In this document: positions 25,370-38,033 of the stretch, piece after piece
How the letters are laid out: every line of letters begins with the position of its first letter
How positions within the stretch are numbered: position 1 is the stretch's first letter
Assembly: GCA_002269645.1 (NCBI GenBank)
Contig: NIVC01000575.1
Coordinates: 62,001-126,000 of the forward strand
DNA: 64,000 nt
DNA from: Macrostomum lignano
Taxonomy: Eukaryota
Direction: 5' to 3'
The notes under the pieces: generated by a model
What the model was told of the DNA's origin: nothing
The model's database searches: none
Seen by the model: only the letters and a program-made list of their open reading frames with translations
Made by a program: the position numbers and the translations under genes

Positions 25370-27500
25370 AGTGACACTGATTTAGGTGAGACAGACACTG
25401 ATTTAGGTGAGAGAGACACTGAGTTAGGTGATAGAGACACTGATTTAGGTGAGAGAGACATTGATTGAGGTGAGAGAGACACTGATTGAGGTGATAGAGA
25501 CACTGATTTAGGTGATAGAGGCACTGATTTAGGTGATAGAGAAACTGATTTAGGTGAGAGAGACACTGATTTAGGTGAGAGAGACACTGATTTAGGAGAG
25601 AGACACTGATTTAGGAGAGAGAAATTGATTGAGGTGAGAGAGACACTGATTTAGGTGAGAGAGAGACACTGATTTAGGTGAGAGAGACACTGATTTACGT
25701 GAGAGAGACACTGATTTAGGTGAGAGAGACACTGATTTTGGTGAGAGAGACACTGATTTAGGTAAGATAAACACTGATTTAGGAGAGAGACACTGATTTA
25801 GGTGAGAGAGACATTGATTGAGGTGACAGAGACACTGATTTAGGTGATAGAGACACTGATTTAGGTGATAGAGACACTGATTTAGGAGAGAGACACTGAT
25901 TTAGGTGAGAGAGACACGGATTTAGGTGAGAGAGACACTGATTGAGGTGATAGAGACATTGATTGAGGTGAGAAAGACACTGATTGAGGTGCGAGAGACA
26001 CTGATTTAGGTGAGAGAGACACTGATTGAGGTGATAGAGACACTGATTTAGGTGAGAGAGACACTCATTTAGGTGATAGAGACACTGATTTAGGTGATAG
26101 AGACACTGATTTAGGTGATAGAGACACTCATTGAGGTGATAGAGACACTGATTTAGGTGAAAGAGACATTGATTTAGGTGATAGAGACACTGATTTAGGT
26201 GATAGAGACACTGATTTAGGTGATAGAGACACTGATTGAGGTGATAGAGACACTGATTTAGGTGATAGAGACACTGATTTAGGTGATAGAGACACTGATT
26301 TAGGTGAGAGAGACACTGATTTAGGCGAGAGAGACACTGATTTAGGTGATAGAGACACTAATTTAGGTGAGAGAGACACTGATTTAGGTGATAGAGGCAC
26401 TGATTTAGGAGAGAGAGAGACACTGATTGAGGTGATAGAGACACTGATTTAGGTGATAGAGACATTGATTTAGGTGATAGAGACACTGATTTAGGAGAGA
26501 GAAATTGATTGAGGTGAGAGAGACACTGATTTAGATGAGAGAGAGACACTGATTTAGGTGAGAGAGACACTGATTTAGGTGATAGAGACACTGATTTAGG
26601 TGAGAGAGACACTGATTTAGGTGAGAGAGACACTGATTTAGGTGAGAGAGACACTGATTTAGGAGAGAGAGACAATGATTGAGGTGATAGAGACACTGAT
26701 TTAGGTGAGAGAGACATTGATTTAGGTGAGAGAGACACTGATTTAGGTGAGAGAGACATTGATTGAGGTGAGAGAGACACTGATTGAGGTGCGAGAGACA
26801 CTGATTTAGGTGAGAGAGACATTGATTGAGGTGATAGAGACACTGATTGAGGTGATAGATATTGATTGAGGTGGGAGAGACACTGATTTAGGTGAGAGAG
26901 ACACTGATTTAGGTGAGAGAGACACTGATTGAGGTGATAGAGACACTGATTTAGGTGAGAGAGACAGTGATTGAGGTGATAGAGACACTGATTGAGGTGA
27001 TAGATATTGATTGAGGTGGGAGAGACACTGATTTAGGTGAGAGAGACACTGATTTAGGTGAGAGAGACACTGATTTAGGTGATAGAGACACTGATTTAGG
27101 TGAGATAGACACTGATTGAGGTGAGAGAGACTGATTTAGGAGAGATAGACATTGATTGAGGTGATAGAGACACTGATTGAGGTGAGAGAGACACTGATTT
27201 AGGTGATAGAGACACTGATTTAGGTGATAGAGACACTGATTTAGGTGAGAGAGACACTGATTTAGGTGAGAGAGACACTGATTTAGGTGAGAGAGACATT
27301 GATTTAGGTGATAGAGACACTGATTTAGGTGATACAGACATTGATTTAGGTGAGAGAGACACTGATTTAGGAGAGAGAGAGACACTGATTGAGGTGAGAG
27401 AGACACTGATTTAGGAGAGAGAGAGACACTGATTGAGGTGAGAGAGACACTGATTGAGGTGAGAGAGACACTGATTTAGGAGAGAGAGAGACACTGATTC
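25370..27500. repeat. 21-bp satellite (GAGAGACACTGATTTAGGTGA), about 2.1 kb
   Basis: Visible; explains the SVSLSPK ORFs. Confidence 0.97.
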
Positions 27501-27954
27501 TCGTAGTTGAGTAACAGTGGTTTAGGGGAGTGACACTGATTTAGAAGATTTAGGTGAGTGACAATGATTTAGGTGAATAACACTGATTTAGTTGAGGGGC
27601 CTGACTCCCTATATTTAACACTTTTTGTTGACCCTCTCGCCTCTGCTTTGCAGAGGTCTACAAATAACAAGCAGTCTCGTAGCAGTCTCTCTCTCTCCTC
27701 CGTAGCTCCAGCATGCAATTACAGGTGCGCAGTAATTAAAATACCATTGCTGCATCAGTTGCTAGAACAGGCGTGCATAAGGGTAACGGCGAGGTCGGAA
27801 ACAGGAGACTGAAATATTGAAGCTATAATCAAGATATAAATAGGAAGCAAATAAATATTAAGGTCAACAGAGCATCTGAAGGTCATTTCTTGCACCTAAA
27901 CATGTTGCTCTGCAATGAAGCCACTGTATAATTTTTAAGACATTTCACTGCAGT

Positions 27955-28285
27955 CCGCCATCTTCACTGCCTCCTCTGCCATCTTCACTGCCTCCTCCGC
28001 CATCTTCACTGCGTGCCTCCTCCGCCATCTTCACTTCCTCCTCTGCCATCTTCACTGCCTCCTCCGCCATCTTCACTGCGTGCATCCTCCGCCATCTTCA
28101 CTGCCTCCTCTGCCATCTTCACTGCCTCCTCCGCCATCTTCACTGCGTGCCTCCTCCGCCATCTTCACTGCGTGCCTCCTCCGCCACCTGAGCCGCCATC
28201 TCCGCCACCTGAGCGGCCATCACCGCCACCTGAGCCGCCATCACCGCCACCTGAGCCGCCATCACCGCCACCTGAGCCGCCATCT
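27955..28285. repeat. GC-rich 21-25-bp repeats (CCTCCGCCATCTTCACTGC; CCGCCACCTGAGCCGCCATCA)
   Basis: Visible; partly in frame with a minus-strand ORF, but unit lengths shift the frame. Confidence 0.85.
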
Positions 28286-28289
28286 CCTC

Positions 28290-28689
28290 AGCTACCACCG
28301 CCCGGCAGTCGCTGACGTGGCCAGCTGCATCTGCAGCCGGCGCAGCAGCTGCTCTCGCGCCAGGTGCGGCACCGGCGACAGGCCGACTGTCCGGTCCAGG
28401 CCTCGCCTGGCCAGCCGCTCCATCGGACAGTGTCCAGGCCAGCCGGCCGATGCGCGGCGCCAATCGTCCCAGACGCCGCAGGCGGGCGCCGCCGTCAGTG
28501 AAGTTCTTGACGTTGCCGCTTCGGCGAATTCCTGAGCAGCAGCCGGCAGGCGTCTTCGGGAGAGTCGAAAGCCGTCATCAAGGCCGACTGACAAGTCCGA
28601 AGCACTCGCCAAGTGCGGCGGCGACGAGCCAGTCTGAGAGGCGCGGCTGCGGAAAGCGGAGGTGATCACAGATCTTCTCAATGCATTGC
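28290..28689 (-). CDS. Probable exon of the uncharacterised minus-strand gene (frame ambiguous after about 110 nt)
   Basis: Acceptor CTTCCTTGTCCCCAAG|; phase-2 reading QCIEKICDHLRFPQPRLSDWLVAAALGECFGLV is compatible with the upstream CAG|GTGACA donor. Downstream GC-rich sequence looks coding but needs frameshifts. Confidence 0.4.
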
Positions 28690-28784
28690 CTTGGGGACAA
28701 GGAAGCTGCCTTTGATCTTTTTGCCGTTGGGGTTTCCACACTGGTTGGATCTCCGAGAGACTTTCGGGTGAGTTTTTTTGTCGG

Positions 28785-29125
28785 GTGAGTGGGGTCACTG
28801 ACCTCCAGGCTCTATAGGTGAGTGGGGTCACTGACCTCCAGGCTCTATAGGTGAGTGGGGTCACTGACCTCCAGGCTCTATAGGTGAGTGGGGTCACTGA
28901 CCTCCAGGCTCTCTAGGTGAGTGGGGTCACTGACCTCCAGGCTCTATAGGTGAGTGGGGTCACTGACCTCCAGGCTCTCTAGGTGAGTGGGGTCACTGAC
29001 CTCCAGGCTCTATAGGTGAGTGGGGTCACTGACCTCCAGGCTCTATAGGTGAGTGGGGTCACTGACCTCCAGGCTCTAAGGTGAGTGGGGTCACTGACCT
29101 CCAGGCTCTCTAGGTGAGTGTGGTC
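28785..29125. repeat. 33-bp minisatellite (GGTGAGTGGGGTCACTGACCTCCAGGCTCTATA)
   Basis: About 10 units, intronic. Confidence 0.95.
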
Positions 29126-29194
29126 ACTGAACTCCAGACTCTCTGCTTGAGTGGTGACTGAGGCTGAGTACCCATTTCCCCCTTCCCGTGTCAC

Positions 29195-29335
29195 CTGATC
29201 CTGCGTCTGTCCCTAACCCTCAGAAGTCGAGCCGCAATCGCCCGCAGGTCCGGCGGTCGGATTTTCGGCAGACTCAGCAGCAGCTTCTTGAGCCGGTGGT
29301 CGCCCATCAGACTGTCGGCAGGGCAGGTGCAAGCA
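29195..29335 (-). CDS. Exon 4 of uncharacterised gene (DACTCPADSLMGDHRLKKLLLSLPKIRPPDLRAIAARLLR...)
   Basis: Follows a canonical 52-nt GTAAGT...TACAG intron (29336-29387) in matching phase; donor at 29195 or 29218. Confidence 0.65.
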
Positions 29336-29387
29336 CTGTACAAGCAGTTGGAGATACTAATTAGGAATAAACTAATTTTAAACTTAC

Positions 29388-29575
29388 TCGTACATGCCGG
29401 CTACTGGGACAGCCGAGCCTCCAGACACTCGAGCGGGTCGCTGGCTTGGGCGCAAAGTCACCCGCTGAGCCGAGCCCCGTTGAGAAGTCGGTGGCGGCGG
29501 GGGTCCCGCTGTTGAGTCCACTGGAGCACAAAATTCGTCTTGTAGGTCGGCCACTGCTGCGGACACTGGCCCTGA
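29388..29575 (-). CDS. Exon 3 of uncharacterised gene (SGPVSAAVADLQDEF...PVAGMY)
   Basis: Acceptor TTTATCCAG|, donor |GTAAGT; 188 nt, phases consistent with both neighbours. Confidence 0.65.
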
Positions 29576-29659
29576 CTGGATAAACATCAAGTTCAAGCAT
29601 TAATTAATGACTTGCTGTTTTTTCAATCGCAACTTTTTTAGCTAGTTAGTTAGTTGGCT

Positions 29660-29945
29660 AGTCAGTCAGTCAGTCAGTCAGTCAGTCAGTCAGTCAGTCA
29701 GCCAGTCAGTCAGTCAGTCAGTCAGTCAGTCAGTCAGTCAGTCAGTCAGTCAGTCAGTCAGTCAGTCAGTCAGTCAGTCAGTCAGTCAGTCAGTCAGTCA
29801 GCCAGTCAGTCAGTCAGTCAGTCAGTCAGCCAGTCAGTCAGTCAGTCAGTCAGTCAGTCAGTCAGTCAGTCAGTCAGTCAGTCAGTCAGTCAGTCAGTCA
29901 GTCAGTCAGTCAGTCAGTCAGTCAGTCAGTCAGTCAGTCAGTCAG
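29660..29945. repeat. (CAGT)n microsatellite
   Basis: Visible; fills most of the intron. Confidence 0.98.
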
Positions 29946-29962
29946 TTTGTTTTCTCACGCAC

Positions 29963-30292
29963 CAGCCCAGCAAAACTCGAGCCGTCTGTCTCGTCACCAG
30001 CTTCATTGAGGCCCGGTTCAGCGGCCTCAGCCACCAGCCGCAGCTCCCAGTCGTCGAGGTTGCCGTCCACCTGGACTCCAGCGCCGCCGCCGTAGCGAAC
30101 TTCGACTCCAACAACGCCGCCGTGCCAGTCGCGGTCGTCGTCTGTGGTTGATGAGGCCGCTTTGACGGTTGCGGAAGCTGTGGCGGAGTCTGACAGAAGG
30201 TCAGCTGACGCGCCGCCATCCTGGACAGTCCTGATGGTGTCGGCGGTCTTCGGTACGGCTCCGTTGTCTTCTACTGCCCGTTTCGAACCCTC
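29963..30292 (-). CDS. Exon 2 of uncharacterised gene (EGSKRAVEDNG...DGSSFAGL)
   Basis: Acceptor CTTCATCACAG|, donor |GTGCGT; 330 nt open, phase 0/0. Confidence 0.7.
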
Positions 30293-30449
30293 CTGTGATG
30301 AAGATTGTGTCATTCGTATGTACTACTAGCCAGGAGTAGTATTGAATATAATGTTACACAGATTAAGCTTTCACGAGAGACCAAATTTGAGAATGGTTTG
30401 ATTGAATCTTCTTTAAGAGTGATTTGTGAAAACAGCATGTGAGAGTGAG

Positions 30450-31345
30450 ATAGGTGAGAGTGAGACAGGCGAGAGTGAGACAGGCGAGAGTGAGACAATT
30501 GAGAGTGATTACGGGTGAGAGTGAGACAGGTGAGAGTGAGACAGGTGAGAGTGAGACAGGCGAGAGTGAGACAAGTGAGAGTGATACGAGTGAGAGTGAG
30601 ACAGGTGAGAATGAGACAGGTGAGAGTGAGACAGGTGAGAATGAGACAGGTGAGAGTGAGACAGGTGAGAGTGAGACAGGCGAGAGTGAGACAGGTGAGA
30701 GTGATACGAGTGAGAGTGAGACAGGTGAGAGTGATTACGGGTGAGAGTGAGACAGGTGAGAGTGAGACAGGCGAGAGTGAGACAGGTGAGAGTGAGACAG
30801 GCGAGAGTGAGACAGGTGAGAGTGATACGAGTGAGAGTGAGACAGGTGAGAGTGATTACGGGTGAGAGTGAGACAGGTGAGAGTGAGACAGGTGAGAGTG
30901 AGATAGATGAGAGTGAGACAGGTGAGAGTGAAACAGGCGAGAGTGAGATAGGTGAGAGTGAGACAAGTGAGAGTGAGATAGGCGAGAGTGAGACAGGTGA
31001 GAATGAGACAGGTGAGAGTGAGACAGGCGAGAGTGAGACAGGCGAGAGTGAGACAGGTGAGAGTGAAACAGGTGAGAGTGGGACAGGTGAGAGTGAGACG
31101 GGTGAGAGTGAGACAGGTGAGAGTGAGACGGGTGAGAGTGAGACAGGTGAGAGTGAGACAGGTGAGAGTGAGACGGGTGAGAGTGAGACAGGTGAGAGTG
31201 AGACAGGTGAGAGTGAGACAGGTGAGAGTGAGACGGGTGAGAGTGAGATAGGTGAGAGTGAGACAGGTGAGAGTGAGACAGGTGAGAGTGAGACAGGTGA
31301 GAGTGAGACAGGTGAGAGTGAGACAGGTGAGAGTGAGACAGTTGA
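30450..31345. repeat. 15-bp satellite (ACAGGTGAGAGTGAG)
   Basis: Visible; fills intron 1 of the minus-strand gene. Confidence 0.97.
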
Positions 31346-31356
31346 GAACAACTCAC

Positions 31357-31791
31357 CACTCGAATGAGCCCCTCTCCGTTCTCAGCCTTGGCCTTAGCCG
31401 CAGGCGCCTCATCAGTGTCAGGCAGCTTGGGCTGTTGCCTAGCAACCGGCTTCTCGAACCAAACTGCGTGGCTGGCGGCGCTTCCGCGATCGCCAGTGGC
31501 GCTTGGCAACGCGCTGATTAAATCGACTCCGAGCGGTCGCAACTCCGCCTTCGCCTCGACTTTCTCTGAGACATCGACTTTCTCCCAGTATTTGCTTCTT
31601 CTGTCTTCGTTGTCCTTGTCGTTGTCCTTGTCGTTGTCCTTGTCTTTGTCTTTATCCTCGTCATCGTCGGCCCAGCTCCATCGGCTGATCAATTCGTCGA
31701 ACGAGTCGTCGTCTTCCTTGGCGGCGGTGGCGGCGGCATCGGCGGCCGCGTCGGCGCGGGCCTGCATCAGGCGTCGGCGCAGGGCCGCCAT
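31357..31791 (-). CDS. Exon 1 of uncharacterised gene (MAALRRRLMQ... acidic DKDKDN tract ...EGLIRV)
   Basis: ATG at 31791, 435 nt open, donor |GTGAGT at 31356; GC-rich and coding-like. Confidence 0.7.
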
Positions 31792-31914
31792 AGTTGGGTC
31801 CTTCGGTTTTCAAATAAATATCGGGTTGCTATTTATAGCCAATGACGTCACTTTTTAGATATTGCGTACATGTATAATGCGCCGATTTGAATTCACCTCA
31901 GTCTTCTCATCGAT

Positions 31915-32200
31915 AGTTGCCGTGGAATCAAACGGTTCGTATACTGCTCTCACGATGGAGTTCGGAATGTGACCTGCGGGAGACAGGTTGGTTGAATGTC
32001 CAAGGAATGGGGGAGGGGTCGCCACACACAGCCTCCATTACCCCAGCTAATGCTGGCACCCATTTTACAGCTGGGTTAACTGAAGCAATTCAGAGTTAAG
32101 TGTCTTGCTCAAGGACACAAATTGTTCCAAGTGGGCCGAGATTCGAACCCACAACCTGTCGGTCACGAGTCCGACACTCTAACCTCTAGGCTACAACCCC
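31915..32200 (-). mobile_element. tRNA-derived SINE with CORE-like domain
   Basis: Minus strand GGGGTTGTAGCCTAGAGGTTAGAGTGTCGG...GGTTCGAATCTC (A and B boxes), then TGTGTCCTTGAGCAAGACACTTAACTCTG...CAGCTGTAAAATGGG, resembling the MIR-type CORE consensus as recalled (TGTGTGACCTTGGGCAAGTTACTTAAC...CATCTGTAAAATGGG). Confidence 0.7.
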
Positions 32201-32454
32201 CCATCAGAATGTACATGTATACAATAAAATACAAACAATCTCGGTAGCTTTTTAAATGTAGAAATGTGCACCTCACTCTAGTTTGTTGAGTGTACATTAA
32301 ATGATGCACATTCCTACATACGAGCGTACAAGTGTACTTTGTTGAATGTAATAAATGTAGCTCGTACACTGCGCGATGTGCTGCACATCCTAGCTGTACT
32401 AGGTAAACGTACATTACGCAATGTACACCCTCTGTTGCATTTTTGAATGTACAC

Positions 32455-32965
32455 TTGACAATGTACACTCTCTGTTGCTTTTTGAATGTACACTTGACAA
32501 TGTACACTCTCTGTTGCTTTTTGAATGTACACTTGACAATGTACACTCTCTGTTGCTTTTTGAATGTAAACTTGACTATGTACACTCTCTGTTGCTTTTT
32601 GAATGTACACTTGACAATGTACACTCTCTGTTGCTTTTTGAATGTACACTTGACAATGTACACTCTCTGTTGCTTTTTGAATGTACACTTGACAATGTAC
32701 ACTCTCTGTTGCTTTTTGAATTCAACTTGACAATGTACACTCTCTGTTGCTTTTTGAATGTACACTTGACAATGTACACTCTCTGTTGCTTTTTGAATTC
32801 AACTTGACAATGTACACTCTCTGTTGCTTTTTTAATTCAACTTGACAATGTACACTCTCTGTTGCTTTTTGAATGTACACTTGACAATGTACACTCTCTG
32901 TTGCTTTTTGAATTCAACTTGACAATGTACACTCTCTGTTGCTTTTTGAATGTACACTTGACAAT
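32455..32965. repeat. 39-bp minisatellite (TGTACACTTGACAATGTACACTCTCTGTTGCTTTTTGAA)
   Basis: About 13 units. Confidence 0.95.
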
Positions 32966-33514
32966 GTACACCCTCCGTAGATTTTAAATGTACACAGCAT
33001 AAACACTTTCCGTAACCTAATGAATGTACACTTTATTGAATGCACAACTTTATATCTCGAATTAGCCACTTATAAGAGTACAAATATTCAAAGGAACTCG
33101 AACCATCCGGCGCCACTGGGAAGCGCCGCTTCGAACTTGGGCCCAGGTGACTCAAGTCGAGAAGGCTGCAAGCAGATGCCGGCCCCGGCCGCGGCCACGG
33201 TTGCCATAGAGACATGCCCTCAGACTTCTCTGTAGTATCTGCGACAACTCGAGAAAAAAGGTGACTGCATGTGCGAGCCTGGCGTTTAACTTCTATGTAT
33301 TTAGACCTGTTTGCCTGAATTCAGGCAACCCGGTTAATTTTATGCGGTTGCCATTGGAAACTGACTGGCTGCCAAAACAGAAACCCCCTGCTATACACAC
33401 CTGCGCAGTGTAGTTGTTTGTGTAGGAAATGCACTGCCAAAATCTGAAGCATCCGGGCTTGCAAATCTTGCCAAGGTCACCCAGCAGATATACTGCAGTC
33501 CACTGACGGTTCTG

Positions 33515-33690
33515 GGGCGATTTTCTGGAGGGCGATTTTCTGGAGGGCGATTTTCTAAGGGAGGGGCGATTTTCAGGAGGGCGATTTTCTGGAGGGCGAT
33601 TTTCTAAGGGAGGGGCGATTTTCTGGAGGGCGATTTTCTAAGGGAGGGGCGATTTTAAGGAGGGCGATTTTTGGTGGGCGATTTTCTGGG
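33515..33690. repeat. GGGCGATTTTCT-based short tandem repeat
   Basis: Visible 16-21-bp units. Confidence 0.85.
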
Positions 33691-34569
33691 AGGGGCGTTT
33701 TTATGGAGGGCGATCGTACATTGGATTTCTTGGAGCGACCTTCTATGGGAGGTCGAATGGCGATCTCTTGGGAGGGCGATACTCTGCCAGCGATTTTTAT
33801 GAATCTTTCTGGAACATCTAACACATGTTCATTCTCCATTACAGCTCCTATCACTGCTAATTATAACCTTGAGACAGACCTAAATTTTAGCATTCCCATT
33901 CGCTGCGCTCTACTGACAGCGGAGTAATGAAATTATTCGCGTATTTTCTAAGCGATCAGAAAGAAACTGAATACGAATTCAAATGGCAGTTTTACAACCA
34001 CAATTTCAGTCAACTCTTTATCTAAGTAGCAAATCGCCTGGCTAAATACTCTCAGCTGATAAATTCTGTGCTGCAATCAGGAAGTTAGAGCCAGAGGTTG
34101 GGGCTGCCCCAGCTGATGAGCTGATTGCTCAACTGTCAGACTCAATCGTGAGCTGGCTTGAGTAGGCTTATTTGTTCAAAGCTTATAAAGACAGTTCCGA
34201 GCTAGAATTTTAGTTACTAAGGCTGCGAACTGTAATTTTGGGTTAGTCGGTTGCTCAATGGCGCACGTCTCTGATTGCGTGTGATTGCAAATATCTGTGG
34301 CTTAATGCTCTTACTCATCTGCCTTAGTTGCGGTTGTGCAATAACTGCCGGCAGATAAGCTGTCTAATAAGTTGCTATTGTTAATCTCCTCTGGGGTTGG
34401 TCCGCTCACGAAGTCAAGCAATCAATATGGCTTGATACCTGCATGCGTTACAATAGTCTTAAGAAACTTGCTTTGTGTCTGCTAGTAAATATTCTTTTCT
34501 GGCTACTGTGAACCGCTTGCTGTGTGTCTGTGACTTATATGCATCTCCATCCACTCTGTCCGATCTCTC

Positions 34570-35615
34570 CTGTGTCCTCTCCCACTCTCTCCTGTGTCCT
34601 CTCCCACTCTCTCCTGTGTCCTCTCCCACTCTCTCCTGTGTCCTCTCCCACTCTCTCCTGTGTCCTCTCCCACTCTCCTGTGTCCTCTCCCACTCTCTCT
34701 TGTGTCCTCTCCCACTCTCTCTTGTGTCCTCTCCCACTCTCTCCAGTGTCCTCTCCCACTCTCTCTTGTGTCCTCTCCCACTCTCTCCAGTGTCCTCTCC
34801 CACTCTCTCCTGTGTCCTCTCCCACTCTCTCCAGTGTCCTCTCCCACTCTCTCCTGTGTCCTCTCCCACTCTCTCCTGTGTCCTCTCCCACTCTCTCCAG
34901 TGTCCTCTCCCACTCTCTCCTGTGTCCTCTCCCACTCTCTCCTGTGTCCTCTCCCACTCTCTCCTGTGTCCTCTCCCACTCTCTCCTGTGTCCTCTCCCA
35001 CTCTCTCCTGTGTCCTCTCCCACTCTCTCCTGTGTCCTCTCCCTCTCTCTCCTGTGTCCTCTCCCACTCTCTCCTGTGTCCTCTCCCACTCTCTCCTGTG
35101 TCCTCTCTCACTCTCTCCTGTGTCCTCTCCCACTCTCTCCTGTGTCCTCTCCCTCTCTCTCCAGTGTCCTCTCCCACTCTCTCCAGTGTCCTCTCCCACT
35201 CTCTCCTGTTTCCTCTCCCACTCTCTCTTGTGCCCTCTCCCACTCTCTCCTGTGTCCTCTCCCACTCCCTCCAGTGTCCTCTCCCACTCTCTCCAGTGTC
35301 CTCTCCCACTCTCTCCTGTGTCCTCTCCCACTCTCTCCTGTGTCCTCTCCCACTCTCTCCTGTGTCCTCTCCCTCTCTCTCCTGTGTCCTCTCCCACTCT
35401 CTCCAGTGTCCTCTCCCTCTCTCTCCTGTGTCCTCTCCCTCTCTCTCCTGTGTCCTCTCCCACTCTCTCCTGTGTCCTCTCCCACTCTCTCCTGTGTCCT
35501 CTCCCACTCTCTCCTGTGTCCTCTCTCACTCTCTCCTGTGTCCTCTCCCACTCTCTCCAGTGTCCTCTCCCACTCTCTCCAGTGTCCTCTCCCTCTCTCT
35601 CCTGTGTCCTCTCCC
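34570..35615. repeat. About 22-bp pyrimidine-rich satellite (TGTGTCCTCTCCCACTCTCTCC)
   Basis: Visible. Confidence 0.97.
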
Positions 35616-36299
35616 ACCTTTTCTCTTTTCCTCTTTCCTCTTGTTATCGGAGCTGTATGATCCCTTCTCATCCATGGTTGTCCCACTGCAGCAATCCGAG
35701 GGGCTCATTGTTCTATTTTAGCTATTCTCATCCCTCTACAACACCTCATTCCCCCAGAGATTGTCATATGAGTGTCAGCGGTTTCTGATTGACTTTAATG
35801 CCACGTGACTCACAGGGTGCATTGAGTTATGTTTTTTCGCTTTACTTGCTTTTTTAAATCCCAGTCTGGATACATGCCATCAATGGGAGATTTCGTGGGC
35901 TTTATGGCAACCACATCGGCTTGAATAAATCTGAGGATTACGTAATAGTGAGATAGTGAGAAGCCACTTTCTCTCTGTCAATTGTGACTTCTTTATGTCC
36001 TCCCCTCCTAACCCCCCACCCCCCAAGTGCTCCCCGAAAACAAAGGAACTCTAATTCTGTCAGTCGAGTGGCTCAGAACAAAGAGAGTCTGGGCTAGATT
36101 TGGCATCAACTCGAGAATGCCACAGATGATTATCCGAAAGCATGCCGAATCGAGTTCATGGAGGTCTTATCTATGCTTTGATGGGCTTTTAACTCGTAGC
36201 ACAAATGGATGAGGTCACAGCGTTGAAGCATTGCATCTGTCATTGCGTATGCGTTGCCAAGCGTGAGGTAAGACATTGATCCGCATCAATGCCAAGTAG

Positions 36300-37073
36300 G
36301 AATGGAATGAGATAGAATGGGACATGCAATGAGATAGAATGGGACATGCAATGAGATAGAATGGGACATGGAATGAGATAGAATGGGACAAGGAATGAGA
36401 TAGAATGGGACATGGAATGAGATAGAATGGGACATGGAGTGAGATATGATGGGACATGGAATGAGATAGAATGGGACATGCAATGAGATAGAATGGGACA
36501 TGGAATGAGATAGAATGGGACATGCAATGAGATAGAATGGGACATGGAATGAGATAGAATGGGACATGGAATGAGATAGAATGGGACATGGAATGAGATA
36601 GAATGGGACATGCAATGAGATAGAATGGGACAAGGAATGAGATAGAATGGGACATGGAATGAGATAGAATGGGACATGGAATGAGATAGAATGGGACATG
36701 GAATGAGATAGAATGGGACATGGAATGAGATAGAATGGGACATGGAATGAGATAGAATGGGACATGGAATGAGATAGAATGGGACATGGAGTGAGATAGA
36801 ATGGGACATGGAATGAGATAGAATGGGACATGGAATGAGATAGAATGGGACAAGGAATGAGATAGAATGGGACATGGAGTGAGATAGAATGGGACATGGA
36901 ATGAGATAGAATGGGACAAGGAATGAGATAGAATGGGACATGGAATGAGATAGAATGGGACATGGAGTGAGATAGAATGGGACATGGAATGAGATAGAAT
37001 GGGACAAGGAATGAGATAGAATGGGACATGGAATGAGATAGAATGGGACATGGAGTGAGATAGAATGGGACAT
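36300..37073. repeat. 22-bp satellite (GAATGAGATAGAATGGGACATG)
   Basis: Visible; ends about 20 bp before the LTR element. Confidence 0.97.
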
Positions 37074-37092
37074 GCTCTAATTAAATGATAAT

Positions 37093-37793
37093 TGTTGTGT
37101 CTCGGCCTAATGGCCGCTGGACGGGTCAAGGTTCGGGCCCTCCCCGCCTGAGACACCCCTGTCCCAGCCCTCACCCCGGCTATTCCTACCCTGTCTCGCT
37201 CGGTTCGGCGAGAGTTCGCCTGACCGAACACCCTGGGATCGGCGAGAGTTCACCGTTCCCAGGTCCCTGCAGATCCCGGCCCCACGCGGCAACCCAGAAG
37301 AACGAAAGCTCGAGCTCACCTCCTCTTGATATATCGAGTTACTAACGAAGCGTTTATTGGCCCGAAGCAGTTATTGGCACGCGAAGGCAGAGGTACGCCG
37401 TTGAACGCAAAAACAGTAAGAACGAAGCGGACACCAATAGAGAGCAAACGTGGAGCGCAGCCCGCTCAGGGCTAGCATTTAAATAATACACAAAAAAGGG
37501 GAGGGGTGGGGCAGAATGGAGACGGCGAGCCAAACCCTGGGGCCCAGCCGGCTTATCAGCCAGCCAGCCAATACGAGCAGCCCCAGGGTGAGGCGGGCAA
37601 CGAGGGAGGGGGGGGGGCACCCAGATTGGACAGAGATTGGGCCGGGGGCTGGGTGCAAAGGGCTAGGCCAGGGTTGAGACTTACGCCTCTCACAAACCCT
37701 GGCCCGGGCGCGAGACGGGGGACGGGGCGGGGTGGCACGAAAACTGAAAACAAAAGTACGAGTACATACACACTGGAAGGGCGCAGCCCAACA
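37093..37793 (-). repeat. 3' LTR (701 bp)
   Basis: Differs from 45032-45731 by about 2 substitutions and 3 single-base indels in by-eye alignment; AATAAA (minus) at 37353-37358. Confidence 0.97.
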
Positions 37794-37805
37794 TCCTCCC
37801 CCTCC
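37794..37805 (-). other. Polypurine tract (GGAGGGGGAGGA) abutting the 3' LTR
   Basis: Immediately precedes TGTTGGG of the 3' LTR on the minus strand. Confidence 0.9.
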
Positions 37806-38033
37806 AAGAAAAAGAAGAGGAGAAAGGGGATGTCAAGCAAAAAGCAACGCATGAACAAGAAAGTCTGAAAAAAAGTTAATTCAAAAAACGACGGCCGAAA
37901 AATAACAGAAAAACTTTGACGCGACGCGTGGATATCGCCGGCATTACAAAAAACAAAAACGAAAAAATGAAAACGGGACACAAACTATTGCGTACGCAAA
38001 AATTGAAAACGGGCTCAAGAACGCAATTCTACT

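Noticed and set aside
34110-34135. CTGATGAG as a hammerhead ribozyme core (also checked 25125 and 57238)
   Set aside because: No stem II followed by GAAA found at these sites.
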